A DNA stretch of 32,867 nucleotides, taken from positions 1 to 32,867 of IMG/VR virus record IMGVR_UViG_3300032257_000076. One strand, given 5' to 3'. This DNA is from a virus (lineage: Duplodnaviria > Caudoviricetes). Of this stretch, positions 17,716 through 28,203 are shown piece by piece. The notes beneath the pieces are model-generated. The model saw nothing but the letters and a program-made list of their open reading frames with translations. It did not search any database and was not told the origin of the DNA. Both the position numbers and the translations under genes were made by a program. Every line of letters begins with the position of its first letter. Within the stretch, counting starts at the first letter, position 1.

Positions 17716-18153
17716 ATGGGTGGCATAGCAGCAGCAACCGGCATTTTAGGAATGGCAAGCAGTTATTCAAAAGGCAGAGCAGAAAAACGTGCTTATGAGG
17801 CAGAAGCCAACCAAGCAGCACTACAAGCTGAGATGGATACTATCAGCAGAAAGCGAGAACTTGAAGATGCTTTATCTATGCAGGCGGTAATGTTTGCTTC
17901 ACAAGGCAGACAAGCAGGTGTTGGTTCAGCTCAGGCAATCCAAGAAGAAGACATCAAGCGTGCAGGCCAAGACATAGATATGATTAAAGCCGGTGCTAAA
18001 GTAAAATCAACTTCAAGCAAAGTAGCAGGCCGATACGCTCAACAATCTGCAATCACTTCAGGGCTTATAAATGGTGGTCAATCATTAATGAACTTCAGTA
18101 GAGCAGGCGGTAAAGAATGGCTAATGAAAGATGATTGGAAGGGTGGCAAATAA
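17716..18153 (+). CDS. internal virion (ejection) protein, gp14-like
   Basis: Ala/Gln/Gly-rich with hydrophobic ends; position after the nozzle. Confidence 0.7.
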   Translation: MGGIAAATGILGMASSYSKGRAEKRAYEAEANQAALQAEMDTISRKRELEDALSMQAVMFASQGRQAGVGSAQAIQEEDIKRAGQDIDMIKAGAKVKSTSSKVAGRYAQQSAITSGLINGGQSLMNFSRAGGKEWLMKDDWKGGK

Positions 18154-20168
18154 TGGCTGAACTACCTAGATACAGAGGCGTTACTGCACAAGTACAAAGC
18201 GGTGCAAAAGCACACATGGCACAGGCAAGGTCTATTGATTCATTCATACAAGGCGTTAAGGGTATCGAGCGTGGTGCTACTGATATGCTTGCTACACAGT
18301 CTATTGAACAAGCTAAAGTGGATGCACAGACAGCATTTACCACAGAAGGCAAGAACGCAGAAATAAGCGATAGTATGTCGGTATACGGTCAACAATACAG
18401 ACAGTCTTTACAAAACCTACAGAAGAAGCAAGTATCTATTGACACTACAAAAAAGTTCAATGATCTCTACACAGCAAATAAAGATAACCCTGCACTATTC
18501 GAGGAAGTCACAAACGCATACAGAGACAAAGCCCTGAAAGATATGCCTGAACATCAAAAGGCAGATTTTGTAATAGACTACGAAGCAAACAAAGCGCAGT
18601 TCGGTGCTAGAATAAAAGAGAATCGCATCAACGCTGATAAAGAAAAGGCTTATGCAACCGGCGTTGAGTTCCACACGCAGAAAGTAGAGAAGGCTTCACA
18701 GGCGTTTAGAGATGGTTCTTACAATAGAGGAATAGCTGAGGCTAACATGGCTAAAGCAAACATTCAAGACTTAGTAGATGGTGGCCTAATAAAAGAGCCA
18801 AAAGCTGTAGAGTTACGAAACTCGCTTGACAAAAAGATAACATGGTCCAACTTCAAAGGCATCAACGACAGACACATAAACGATGGTGACTTAGAAGGCG
18901 CACAGAAAGCTATCGAAAAGTTCAGAAAGACAAATATTCCAGGCATTGACGATATGGGCAGGGAACAACTTGCAGACTCTATGCAGGCAGACTTAAACAG
19001 AGAGGTGGCAAGACTCAAAGCTGAGAACAGCTACAACTCTAAGTATGACAACAAAGAGGCCAAGAAACTGACTAAATTGCTTAACGATGGTGAAGATGTA
19101 GAAGATGATGTTATCAATGCTACACTTGAAAGTAATGTGAGTGCAACAGTAGCGGAAGACCTGATACTAGCCAAACTTGATAATGCTAAAATCAAGAAGT
19201 TTTCAAGCATGGACATAGCGGACCAAGAAGCTGATATTAAAGAGTCAAGAAGCAAGACCGGCAAGACAGCTGACGAACTAAGACTTATCAACAAAAAAGA
19301 AAAAGCCTTAGAACAGCAAGTAATGCTTAGAGATGAAGACCCTTTAGTATATTCACAAGGTAAACACTTTGATGGCGAACTAGAGTACATAAGCCTTAAT
19401 GATGTAGACTTTGCAGACAAGATATTCACAAGAGAAGAACAAACTGCAAGATCAAACCATTCAACCGGTAAGCGTAGCGGTATCTTCACAAAAGAAGAGA
19501 TAAAAGAGAACAAGCAGGTGTTTAAAACAATGTCACTACAGGATAAGATGGGTTTTATAGACAACATAAACAGCCTTGAAGACTTTGACGTAGCCGAGAA
19601 CACATTTACTCAACTTGGTGGTGAGGCTTTATTTGCAGGCATGATGGTGCAAACTGGCAACAGAGAAGCTGCTGAAATGTCATTACTTGGTAAAGGCGCT
19701 GATGTTCAACTAGAAGAAGCGTTTACAAAGAACCTAAAGACGAAAATGGCAGGTGTTTACTCTGGGTACGGCCAAGAGTTTATCAATTCAAACATAGACG
19801 GTATTACAAACTATGCAAAAGGCATGATCGCAAACGGTGAAGATGTTGGTTATATAGATGCTATAGAAAACAGCATAGGCGGTGTGGTAACTTATAGCGG
19901 TCAAAAAACTGTACTACCTTATGGGGTAGATAAAGGGCAATTTGAAGATTGGTTAGATAATATCACAATCAAAGGCAAGCCTGCACTTACTAAGGCATTA
20001 AACAACCTTACAGACCTATGGAGTCCTGATAGCGAGTTTCAGTTACGTTACGCAGGCCAAGGCAAGTATTATGTGATAGACCCTAACGATGGAAACCCGG
20101 CAGCGGTAAGAGGCGATGACGGCAAGCCGTTTATCCTTGACTACAACAAAAAAGAGGAATACAGATAA
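18153..20168 (+). CDS. internal virion (ejection) protein, gp15-like (probable start ATG 18153)
   Basis: Large helical protein beginning MAELPRY; TAATG coupling with the upstream gene. Confidence 0.7.
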   Translation: MAELPRYRGVTAQVQSGAKAHMAQARSIDSFIQGVKGIERGATDMLATQSIEQAKVDAQTAFTTEGKNAEISDSMSVYGQQYRQSLQNLQKKQVSIDTTKKFNDLYTANKDNPALFEEVTNAYRDKALKDMPEHQKADFVIDYEANKAQFGARIKENRINADKEKAYATGVEFHTQKVEKASQAFRDGSYNRGIAEANMAKANIQDLVDGGLIKEPKAVELRNSLDKKITWSNFKGINDRHINDGDLEGAQKAIEKFRKTNIPGIDDMGREQLADSMQADLNREVARLKAENSYNSKYDNKEAKKLTKLLNDGEDVEDDVINATLESNVSATVAEDLILAKLDNAKIKKFSSMDIADQEADIKESRSKTGKTADELRLINKKEKALEQQVMLRDEDPLVYSQGKHFDGELEYISLNDVDFADKIFTREEQTARSNHSTGKRSGIFTKEEIKENKQVFKTMSLQDKMGFIDNINSLEDFDVAENTFTQLGGEALFAGMMVQTGNREAAEMSLLGKGADVQLEEAFTKNLKTKMAGVYSGYGQEFINSNIDGITNYAKGMIANGEDVGYIDAIENSIGGVVTYSGQKTVLPYGVDKGQFEDWLDNITIKGKPALTKALNNLTDLWSPDSEFQLRYAGQGKYYVIDPNDGNPAAVRGDDGKPFILDYNKKEEYR

Positions 20169-22876
20169 TGCCTAAGATGGAACTTGATCTACCCGTAAAG
20201 GACATAGAGAAAGATTATCAGCCTTCAGGTTTTATGGCAGGCGTTGATTCTAATAGGCTTAGGTATGGTGAAAACATATTGCCACAGGCATACTCAAATA
20301 TCGTAACAAGTTATGATGACTACAACGACAACAAAGAAGCCTACGATGCTTTCACTAACGTAGATACCTTTACTAACTTCATGGGTGATGACGATATAAA
20401 AAGAAAAACAACTTATGAGATGGCTATAGAAAATGGTAGATATATGCTTGATGATGACGGAAGGTTATCACCAGGCCCAAATCATTTTATGGGAGCTGAT
20501 CTTCTTTACAACACAAAAGCAATTCATGGTGCACTACTAGCAAAAAGAAATGGCTTTAACAATGATGTTCTAAACAATGAATACGGAAACATAACAGAAC
20601 TTAAAGCTGAAGAACTTGCAGAGATACAGGCGAACAGTTCCGGGCTCACTTTTGCACTTGGATATTTAGGGCAAGAACTTTTCAGAAAAGAAACCATTGT
20701 AGATGTTATGTCACCACAAAAGATAATGGGTAGCACAGTATTAAAAGGAGCTGCAAAAGCATTTGGTGTTGAAGCAATGTATGCCACTACAAGTGAAGTA
20801 ATGCGCGAGAGACAAGCGCAGGAACACATGGAAAAAGCAGGCTTAGATTATACACTATGGGATAGTGTAGAAAACATCCTTATAGGCGCAGGTCTAGCAG
20901 GCGCAATTCGTGGTATAGGTTCTTCAGTACAGGATATTTTTACTCTAAGAAAGATAAATTCAAAAATAAGAAACGTAGAAGATAAAGCATTATTTGAACG
21001 TTATACAAGAAGAGAAAATTTCAAGCTCACAAGAGACTCACGAAAACATCTAGCCCTTGAAGAAAAAGCTGTACGTGACATAGACGAAGGCCGTGCAGCA
21101 GATGTTGCGGACCATACCGACATTGACATAAACACAAAGACTGATGAAGCAATAGAAGCAGTAAATATTAACGATGAGGTTGCAAAAGCAAACCCTGTAA
21201 ACCATGATGACATAAAAGCATTTGAGCGCGAACTTGATGAAGTGGCAGAAGTTAAAGACCCTACAGAAGCAGACCCATATGGAGGGATGGTAGAGCCTAA
21301 AGTAGCTGATGAGACTATCAACGAAGTCATAGATGACCCTGAGATAAAAGCACTATACGATGAGATAGAAGCTGAGAAGAAAGCATTAAGCGGTCAAGCA
21401 CAGGCAGTAAAAGAAGCAGGCGAGATTCCTGTAGGCGGTAGCGAAGATCAAGCAAACCAAGCTGTAAAAGATATGTTCAAGCGCGCAAAGACAGAGGACG
21501 ATTTCTATAAAAGCATGAGCCAAGAACAAATCGATGAACTTGACCGTATCAAAATGGAAGACCCAGACCTTCAGGTAAAACAAAAAGAAATTGAAGACGA
21601 ACTAAACGCTTTCGCTTCAGAGCAGGCAGGCGTAGGTGGCACTTCAGTATTCACACAGTTCGGCCCTGAGTTATTCGGTGGCGCGTGGAACGGAATAACA
21701 TACGATTCAGAAACAAACAGTTTTGAGTTTGACCCACTACGATTTATGTTCGGCTTCTTAGGCGGTCATTTAGCTAAAAAAATTGCAACTAACCCTAAAC
21801 TAAACGCAGTAGCAAAGAGAGAAGCACTAGCGTATGCACAGCGTATGCACGACAAACTTGAAGACACTAGGTACTTTCAGTATGTAACAGGTGTGCAGAA
21901 GGCAATAGATGATAGAGGTGTTAAAGCAATACCTGAAGCTTCAGAAGCTATTAATAAGACTACAAGAGATGCTAACTTTAAAGAATGGTTTAGTGACTCA
22001 AAAGTAGTAGATTATAACGGAGAACCTGAAGTAGTTTATCATGGTACAACTCATAACATTGGTGAATTTTCAATGGATAGAGCAAACCCTGAAAATTGGC
22101 ATGGAAAAGGTTTTTATTTCTCAGACTCAATAGAAGATGTGAATAGGAATTATGGGACTATGGAGGGTGCAGACCTTACAGGAAGAATAGAACAGATTGC
22201 AGAGCGTAGGGCTGATGATATTATGGACGAACAAGATATTGATGATTGGGATGAAGCATACGAGATAGCAAAAAAAGAAGCTACTAAAGAAATATCAGGA
22301 GAAAGACCTAACGTAATGCCTGTATATGTAAAAGCTAAAAACCCATTAGAATTAGATGCTTATGGTGGTACTGAATTTGAAATAAAATTATTTGATGATG
22401 AGGGTGAATATCTATATGAAGCAGAAGGTGATGGTGCAGAATTACTGCAAGCTCTTAGAGATAAAATAGATGAGTATGGCGGCGAAAGTGATACAATCGT
22501 AGGCCAATTATACGAGATGTTCCAAGATGCAGAAACTTTCACAGCTAAAGAATTCGAAGATGCACTAAGAGGGATAGAGGAATTCTCATACATAGAGGGT
22601 CCTGAAGGAGAACTTATTAATCATCAAATCATTGCTGATGTTTATCAAGAGATGGGATTTGATGGAATCATAATGAGAAATGCGGAAGACCAATTTTCTA
22701 ATATGGGCATGAACCCTGATACCACTCATTATATTGTATTCGAGCCTAATCAAATCAAGTCAGTAAACAACAAAGGTGCTTTCAGTAAAGATGGAAATAT
22801 ACTAAAATCTGCTATGATTGTACCAGCAGTAGGTGCAGGTGGTTTAGCCACAGCACAGCAAAGTGAGGGTATATAA
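20168..22876 (+). CDS. large internal virion protein with a C-terminal ART-PolyVal-like ADP-ribosyltransferase domain
   Basis: NFKEWFSDSKVVDYNGEPEVVYHGT, GKGFYFS, NVMPVYVKAKNPL, GFDGII, YIVFEPNQIKS; Gly-rich hydrophobic segments; located in the ejection-protein cluster. Confidence 0.8.
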   Translation: MPKMELDLPVKDIEKDYQPSGFMAGVDSNRLRYGENILPQAYSNIVTSYDDYNDNKEAYDAFTNVDTFTNFMGDDDIKRKTTYEMAIENGRYMLDDDGRLSPGPNHFMGADLLYNTKAIHGALLAKRNGFNNDVLNNEYGNITELKAEELAEIQANSSGLTFALGYLGQELFRKETIVDVMSPQKIMGSTVLKGAAKAFGVEAMYATTSEVMRERQAQEHMEKAGLDYTLWDSVENILIGAGLAGAIRGIGSSVQDIFTLRKINSKIRNVEDKALFERYTRRENFKLTRDSRKHLALEEKAVRDIDEGRAADVADHTDIDINTKTDEAIEAVNINDEVAKANPVNHDDIKAFERELDEVAEVKDPTEADPYGGMVEPKVADETINEVIDDPEIKALYDEIEAEKKALSGQAQAVKEAGEIPVGGSEDQANQAVKDMFKRAKTEDDFYKSMSQEQIDELDRIKMEDPDLQVKQKEIEDELNAFASEQAGVGGTSVFTQFGPELFGGAWNGITYDSETNSFEFDPLRFMFGFLGGHLAKKIATNPKLNAVAKREALAYAQRMHDKLEDTRYFQYVTGVQKAIDDRGVKAIPEASEAINKTTRDANFKEWFSDSKVVDYNGEPEVVYHGTTHNIGEFSMDRANPENWHGKGFYFSDSIEDVNRNYGTMEGADLTGRIEQIAERRADDIMDEQDIDDWDEAYEIAKKEATKEISGERPNVMPVYVKAKNPLELDAYGGTEFEIKLFDDEGEYLYEAEGDGAELLQALRDKIDEYGGESDTIVGQLYEMFQDAETFTAKEFEDALRGIEEFSYIEGPEGELINHQIIADVYQEMGFDGIIMRNAEDQFSNMGMNPDTTHYIVFEPNQIKSVNNKGAFSKDGNILKSAMIVPAVGAGGLATAQQSEGI

Positions 22877-25386
22877 TGGCAATAGGTAAACCGGTAAAAG
22901 AGTTCATTCAGACCATAACAGAAGAAGCACCAAAACGTGCTCCACGGCGTAAAGCAAAAGAGTTTGAAACACCTGAAGATTTTACACAAGGCCGAGTTGA
23001 AGACATTGCAAGAGATGAAGCAGCAACTTATGCAGAGCAAGCCAAACAGCAAGCCAAGATAGATGAAGTAAAAGCAAGAGAAATACAAGAGGTAGAACGC
23101 ACACCTTTTCCTGATAGAGAAACATTTATCAAAGAAGAACAACTACAAGCTAAAGCAGAGTCAAGGGCAGAATCAGATGCAGTTAGACTTCAGCAACTCC
23201 AAGAGAAACAGCGTGATCTTTACCTAAGAGCTAATGACCTGAAGATAGAACGAGACACAGCAAGACTTATTCAAGAACAAAAACCTGAAGGAAGAACTGC
23301 ATTTAACGTACTGATGGATAGAATCTCACAGACCCCAGGAGTAGGTAAGACTTTCTCAAATATCGAAGCAAGAACCGAGGCCATTTACAAGCGTATCAAC
23401 TCAGAGATGTTTGAACTAAAAGAAGGCATGAGGACTAAATACTTAGGTCTTAGACAAGATACAGAGCTTGCAAACGAAGTTATCAGATACCTAAAAGACG
23501 GTGTTGTGAAAAATAAAGCAAGAGCCAAAGAAGTAGAGCAGATAGCTAAACAATGGGAAGGCGCAGCCACTAAGATAAAGAACCTTAGAAACAAAGCAGG
23601 CGCAAGAATAGGCAAACTTGAAGACTGGATTTTACCACAAAGTCATGATGCTATGAAGATACGCAAAGCAGGCAAGGAAGAGTGGAAGAAAAGAATCACC
23701 CCTAAACTTGACAAGGCCCGTATCGAGAAAGAACAAGGCGCAAACCTAGATGACATATTAGACAAAGCCTATGTAAACATCACATCTCCTAGGGTAGAGA
23801 CAAGAGGCGGTAAAGGCACAAGCAAGGTTGCAAAGCGTGGCGAAGAATCAAGAGTTCTGCACTTCAAGAACGCTGATGACATGATAACCTACAAAGACGA
23901 GTTCGGGAATCCTGATGTATTCGCTACTATGGATGCGCATATCCGTCAACAGTCAAACGAGATAGCAGCTATGCAATTATTCGGCTCAAACCCTGAAGCT
24001 ACATTTAACAAGTTGAAAGAGTTGGCACGCAATGAGGGCATGGGTTCAAACGCAGAGGCGCACTTAGATCAAAACTGGAGACTATCAACCGGTCAAGTAG
24101 ATGGAGATGATATTGTCTCTAAACTAGATGGATGGATAGCAACAGTAGGCGGCACACATAGAGCAATATCTGTAGCAGGCAAACTTGGTTCAGCTATGGT
24201 ATCTTCACTAGCAGATGTATCAAGTATCGTTATGGGTTCAGGATACCGTGGTCTAAGTTCAGTGAACATCTTAGGTAAGGCGTTACACACACTACTGCAA
24301 GAGGCCACAACAATAGGCAAAGTTGCAGATAATGTTAGAGTAGCAAACCGTATAGGCGTGGTATCTGAATTTGCAAGTGCTTCACTAGCTAACAGCCGTT
24401 ATGCTGAAGTAGGAGCAGGCGTAGCTCAAAGAGCAGCAGAAACAGTCATACGTGCAAGTGGTCTAGGTTCATATACAAACTCAATGAGGGCGGCAATGGG
24501 CTTAGAATTAGCTGGGAACTTTGCAGAGAACTTCAGTAAAAAGATTGATGATACACCATTCAGCGGACTACTAAAAGAGTACGGTATAACTGCTGATGAA
24601 TGGGATATGATACGCAAAACAGAGACCTATAAGGCTAAAGGTGCTGAATTTATGGATACTAATAAAATCTATGAGATAGATGAACAGCTTGGTTATAAAG
24701 TAAACGAAATGATTACTAATGAAATGGATGCTTTTGTTATTATGCCTACAAATCGCACAAGAATATGGACAACATGGGGTGAAAAAAAAGGCACACTAAA
24801 AGGTGAGATGGCAAGAAATATGATGCTTTTTAAATCATTCCCTATTGCTTCAACGCTTATGCACTTTAAACGCATAGGAAGAATAGACAGCACAGCAGGT
24901 AAACTTGCCTATGGTGCTAAACTTGTAGGAGTAAATACGGTTATGGGCGGTATCACGCTATGGGCTTATGATATTGCAACAGGGAAAACTCCAAGATCAA
25001 TAGACAGACCTGCTTTTATTGGTGAGGCACTTACTAAGTCAGGTGGCCTTGGTATATTCGGTGACTTCTTCCTAGGTCTTGCAGACAACGTATACGGGCA
25101 TAGTTTCAGCGATACAGTAATGGGAGTTCCTGCAAGTACGCTTGATGACATCATTAAAACATCACAAGACCTTTTAACAAAAGAAGGAGAGGATAAATAC
25201 AAGAATGTGTATAATAGAGCCAAGGCATACATACCAGGTCAGAATCTTTGGTACACACGTTACGCTGTAGAGAAAACACTAGGTGAATTTATGGGCGAGA
25301 TGCTAGACCCTGACTATGAAGCAAGAAAACGCAGAAGACAAAAGGCCATGAGACTTAGAGGCCAAAAAGAATTGATAGAAGATTAG
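22876..25386 (+). CDS. large internal virion (ejection) protein, gp16-like
   Basis: 836 aa; LPQSHD, SRVLHFK, FKSFPI, SGGLGIFGDF, PGQNLWY motifs; last gene before the tail fibre. Confidence 0.75.
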   Translation: MAIGKPVKEFIQTITEEAPKRAPRRKAKEFETPEDFTQGRVEDIARDEAATYAEQAKQQAKIDEVKAREIQEVERTPFPDRETFIKEEQLQAKAESRAESDAVRLQQLQEKQRDLYLRANDLKIERDTARLIQEQKPEGRTAFNVLMDRISQTPGVGKTFSNIEARTEAIYKRINSEMFELKEGMRTKYLGLRQDTELANEVIRYLKDGVVKNKARAKEVEQIAKQWEGAATKIKNLRNKAGARIGKLEDWILPQSHDAMKIRKAGKEEWKKRITPKLDKARIEKEQGANLDDILDKAYVNITSPRVETRGGKGTSKVAKRGEESRVLHFKNADDMITYKDEFGNPDVFATMDAHIRQQSNEIAAMQLFGSNPEATFNKLKELARNEGMGSNAEAHLDQNWRLSTGQVDGDDIVSKLDGWIATVGGTHRAISVAGKLGSAMVSSLADVSSIVMGSGYRGLSSVNILGKALHTLLQEATTIGKVADNVRVANRIGVVSEFASASLANSRYAEVGAGVAQRAAETVIRASGLGSYTNSMRAAMGLELAGNFAENFSKKIDDTPFSGLLKEYGITADEWDMIRKTETYKAKGAEFMDTNKIYEIDEQLGYKVNEMITNEMDAFVIMPTNRTRIWTTWGEKKGTLKGEMARNMMLFKSFPIASTLMHFKRIGRIDSTAGKLAYGAKLVGVNTVMGGITLWAYDIATGKTPRSIDRPAFIGEALTKSGGLGIFGDFFLGLADNVYGHSFSDTVMGVPASTLDDIIKTSQDLLTKEGEDKYKNVYNRAKAYIPGQNLWYTRYAVEKTLGEFMGEMLDPDYEARKRRRQKAMRLRGQKELIED

Positions 25387-25387
25387 G

Positions 25388-25393
25388 TATAAT
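25388..25393 (+). promoter_or_regulatory. -10 box TATAAT upstream of the tail fibre gene
   Basis: Short intergenic gap, followed by AAAGGAG RBS and ATG 25414. Confidence 0.45.
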
Positions 25394-25413
25394 AGCACAA
25401 CAAAGGAGAGTAA

Positions 25414-26670
25414 ATGGCATTTAACACAGCGGAAGGCCGGGCTGAATATTCGGCTTCATCAGGCCAAACCTTATTCACGTTCAACTTCAAGATTTACAAA
25501 ACATCAGATATTGAAGTTTATCTAACACCGGCAGGCACAACGCCTGACGATACAACAGACATACTGACCGAAACAATAGACTATACGGTTTCTATTGATG
25601 GGGATAATGGCGGTTCAGTAACGCTTGTGACTCCTGCTACTCTTAATGACTCGGTTACTTTTGTAAGAGTATTGCCAAATACGAGAGATACAGAATATCA
25701 ATCACTAGGTGACTTGTACGCTGATACTCTTAACATGGATCAAAACTATCAAACGTATCTACTGAAAGACAGAGAGACTACGGCAAATCGTCATATCTCT
25801 ATCCCTAAGTCAGCTCAGGGCGTATCAACACAACTTCCTGATGTAAACTCTGACTCCTATTTGAAATGGAACTCAGCCGGGGATGCGTTGGAAAATGACA
25901 GTACTGTTCCTGCAGCGGTTATAGCAGCAGGTGATAGCAACTTAGAAGCTGAATCATGGGCTAACGAGAATGAAGATGTGCCTGTAAAAGAATATACAGC
26001 AGGGATAGGGTCAAATATAACTCCGGCTGCTTATTCTGCCAAACATTGGGCTATCAAGGCACAAGATGCAGTCATAGGAGATGTTGAGTTTAGAGATACT
26101 GAATGGAGAGTATTTGATGATATAGACAATACCAAAAAGATAGCCTTTCAAGTCTCAGGAGTATCAGCAGCAACTACTAGAGTAATTACAATGCCTGATG
26201 CTGATGTAGATTTAGGTGCAATCCCAGACCCTACAGTATTACTTCACACGGTCGGAAATGGTGGTGGAAACCCTGAAGGGTATATAACCACAGAGACAGC
26301 GAAGTTGGATACCGCAGGTGAAGCACTTGTTAAATCTACGGGTGCAAATATACAGAATCAATGTACTGCATGGGTGTTATTTAATGGGTCAGCTGTTACT
26401 ATAACGGATTCGTTTAATGTATCTTCAGTTGTAAGAAGTGCTGCAGGGTTATTTGAGATTAATTTTGCCGAAGCTATGGATGATACTAACTTTGTAATGA
26501 GCGCAATGGCAAGACATGACGCGAATACAGGTCCTTGTATTGTAGGGCAAAGTTCACAAAATGCAGCATCTACTGTAAATACTGCTTACATTAAAGTTAT
26601 TGTTGCGAATACTACAACTTCTTATGATAGTACAGAAATACGTGTAGCATTTTTTGGAGGCAAAGCATAA
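25414..26670 (+). CDS. tail fibre / receptor-binding protein
   Basis: N-terminal T7 gp17-like anchor (QTLFTFNFKIY..SDIEVY...DYTVS...GGSVTL); C-terminal AWVLFNG...DSFNVSSV...G.FEINF domain. Confidence 0.85.
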   Translation: MAFNTAEGRAEYSASSGQTLFTFNFKIYKTSDIEVYLTPAGTTPDDTTDILTETIDYTVSIDGDNGGSVTLVTPATLNDSVTFVRVLPNTRDTEYQSLGDLYADTLNMDQNYQTYLLKDRETTANRHISIPKSAQGVSTQLPDVNSDSYLKWNSAGDALENDSTVPAAVIAAGDSNLEAESWANENEDVPVKEYTAGIGSNITPAAYSAKHWAIKAQDAVIGDVEFRDTEWRVFDDIDNTKKIAFQVSGVSAATTRVITMPDADVDLGAIPDPTVLLHTVGNGGGNPEGYITTETAKLDTAGEALVKSTGANIQNQCTAWVLFNGSAVTITDSFNVSSVVRSAAGLFEINFAEAMDDTNFVMSAMARHDANTGPCIVGQSSQNAASTVNTAYIKVIVANTTTSYDSTEIRVAFFGGKA

Positions 26671-27050
26671 TGAAAACTTTCTACAAGATAGAGAACGGAA
26701 AGCATAGTATAGGCTCAGGCAGTAAAATTCCTGAAGGATTTACAGAATACACAATAGGTCAAGAGCCTTTAGAGTTAAAAGCATTGCTTGAATTAGATAC
26801 ACAAGCTCAAGTAATAACACGCTTAAAATCACTATACTTAGGTGTAGTACAAGACAAGTTAGATGAGTTCGACTACGATTCGCTAGCAACTGTTAAGTTA
26901 TGGGAAGGTGACGCAACATTTGGTGCTGAAGCAACACGTATTCTAACTTGGTATAAAGCTATTATAGCTAAGAACTACGCACTTCTTACAGCAGGTGTTC
27001 CTATGACAGATGAAGAGTATTTGGCGCAGATAAATGCAATCGTATTTTAA
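26670..27050 (+). CDS. tail-fibre-associated protein (possible chaperone)
   Basis: Coupled (TAATG) to the fibre gene; YDSL...W...F.AEA...W pattern. Confidence 0.55.
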   Translation: MKTFYKIENGKHSIGSGSKIPEGFTEYTIGQEPLELKALLELDTQAQVITRLKSLYLGVVQDKLDEFDYDSLATVKLWEGDATFGAEATRILTWYKAIIAKNYALLTAGVPMTDEEYLAQINAIVF

Positions 27051-27065
27051 TGTAAAGGCTCAATA

Positions 27066-27311
27066 ATGGAAAAAAAAGATTGGTGCACTAAGTTCCCAGA
27101 GTATTGGTACTCGTGGAGTTTTAAGAAGATTTACATAGGCGATTGCTGTAAAAAGCATGATGATGTAGATGATGATCGTGGCGGTTGTGACTCAACAGCG
27201 TTTATGAAGTGCTTGCTCAACAAAAGAATCATGGGCGGTTCTATGATATTCGCAATGGCTTCTTTGGCGTGTTGGGTTAAGTATCCGTTCAAAATGAAAA
27301 AAAGGGTTTAG
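27066..27311 (+). CDS. phospholipase A2-like small protein
   Basis: DCCKKHD (CCxxHD catalytic-type motif) and CD...FMKCL helix; hydrophobic C-terminus. Confidence 0.65.
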   Translation: MEKKDWCTKFPEYWYSWSFKKIYIGDCCKKHDDVDDDRGGCDSTAFMKCLLNKRIMGGSMIFAMASLACWVKYPFKMKKRV

Positions 27312-27312
27312 C

Positions 27313-27777
27313 ATGGGAATATTTGATTGGGGCAAAAGTGTTGAAAGCGCAGGAAACGGCTTATCTAATGTAATCGAGTCTACAAGGTTTGCATTAACCG
27401 GTGATATGCCACCTGAAGAAAGAGTGAAGCTTCAAGAACTTTTAGTAAGACTTGAAGAACTTAGAACAAAAGTCAAGACAGGTGTTATCGGTCTTGCAAA
27501 TGTTGATGCTCAAAGTAAAAGTTTCTTTCAGTACGGGTGGAGACCTTGGATTGGTTGGGTGTGTGGAACATCACTTGCTATGTATTTTCTTCCTCAATAC
27601 GCTATGGGCGCCTATGTGTGGATTGATACTATTCAGGCAATGACTCACACGGAGATAATAAAGCATGGCCTTCCTGATTATCCGGTAAGAGCTGATGCGG
27701 TGCTAGAATTGGTTGTTGCGTTAATAGGTATGGGTACACTTAGAACTATTGATAAGAAACTTGGTACAGCCAAATGA
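27313..27777 (+). CDS. holin (GTA-type 3TM holin family)
   Basis: GWRPWIGWVCG and LIGMGTLRTIDK motifs; TM segments; upstream of the endolysin. Confidence 0.88.
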   Translation: MGIFDWGKSVESAGNGLSNVIESTRFALTGDMPPEERVKLQELLVRLEELRTKVKTGVIGLANVDAQSKSFFQYGWRPWIGWVCGTSLAMYFLPQYAMGAYVWIDTIQAMTHTEIIKHGLPDYPVRADAVLELVVALIGMGTLRTIDKKLGTAK

Positions 27778-27816
27778 AATGTGATACAATTAGATAATAC
27801 AACAAAAGGAAGAACA

Positions 27817-28203
27817 ATGCTTGGTCAGCCTAACGGACAGCCATTATCAGAACCACAGATCAAAGAACTTAACGGCCATGTAGAGAAACTGCCTGTAGTG
27901 ATGGAACTAAAAGAAAACAATAGACAGCTTTTAGAAGGTCAGCAAGATATAGAAAAGCGTTTAGACAAGGGCGCAGAACGCATGGACGGAATCGAGGACG
28001 AGTTGAAAAGTTTAAAAGATGCACTTACAAATGGACTTAAAGATGTCATAGCTGAGGTAAGAGATCAAAAACTATCTGAACTAAAGAATGAACTTAAAGA
28101 CAGAAAGTCTAGTGACAACAGCCTTAAAAACGATATGATTAAAATAATTGTAGTATCAATCATAGGTGCAATCGGATACCTTTTTATTAAATCCTATGGC
28201 TAA
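27817..28203 (+). CDS. coiled-coil protein with a C-terminal TM (lysis region; probable start ATG 27817)
   Basis: AAAAGGA RBS and TGATACAAT extended -10 at 27782-27790; KRLDKGAERMDGIE coil; IIVVSIIGAIGYLFI TM. Confidence 0.7.
   Translation: MLGQPNGQPLSEPQIKELNGHVEKLPVVMELKENNRQLLEGQQDIEKRLDKGAERMDGIEDELKSLKDALTNGLKDVIAEVRDQKLSELKNELKDRKSSDNSLKNDMIKIIVVSIIGAIGYLFIKSYG

Noticed and set aside
15640-27643. Alternative-frame + strand ORFs 15640-15843, 16521-16751 and 27452-27643
   Set aside because: Fully nested in the adaptor, nozzle and holin genes; no clear RBS, no lipobox and no motif.
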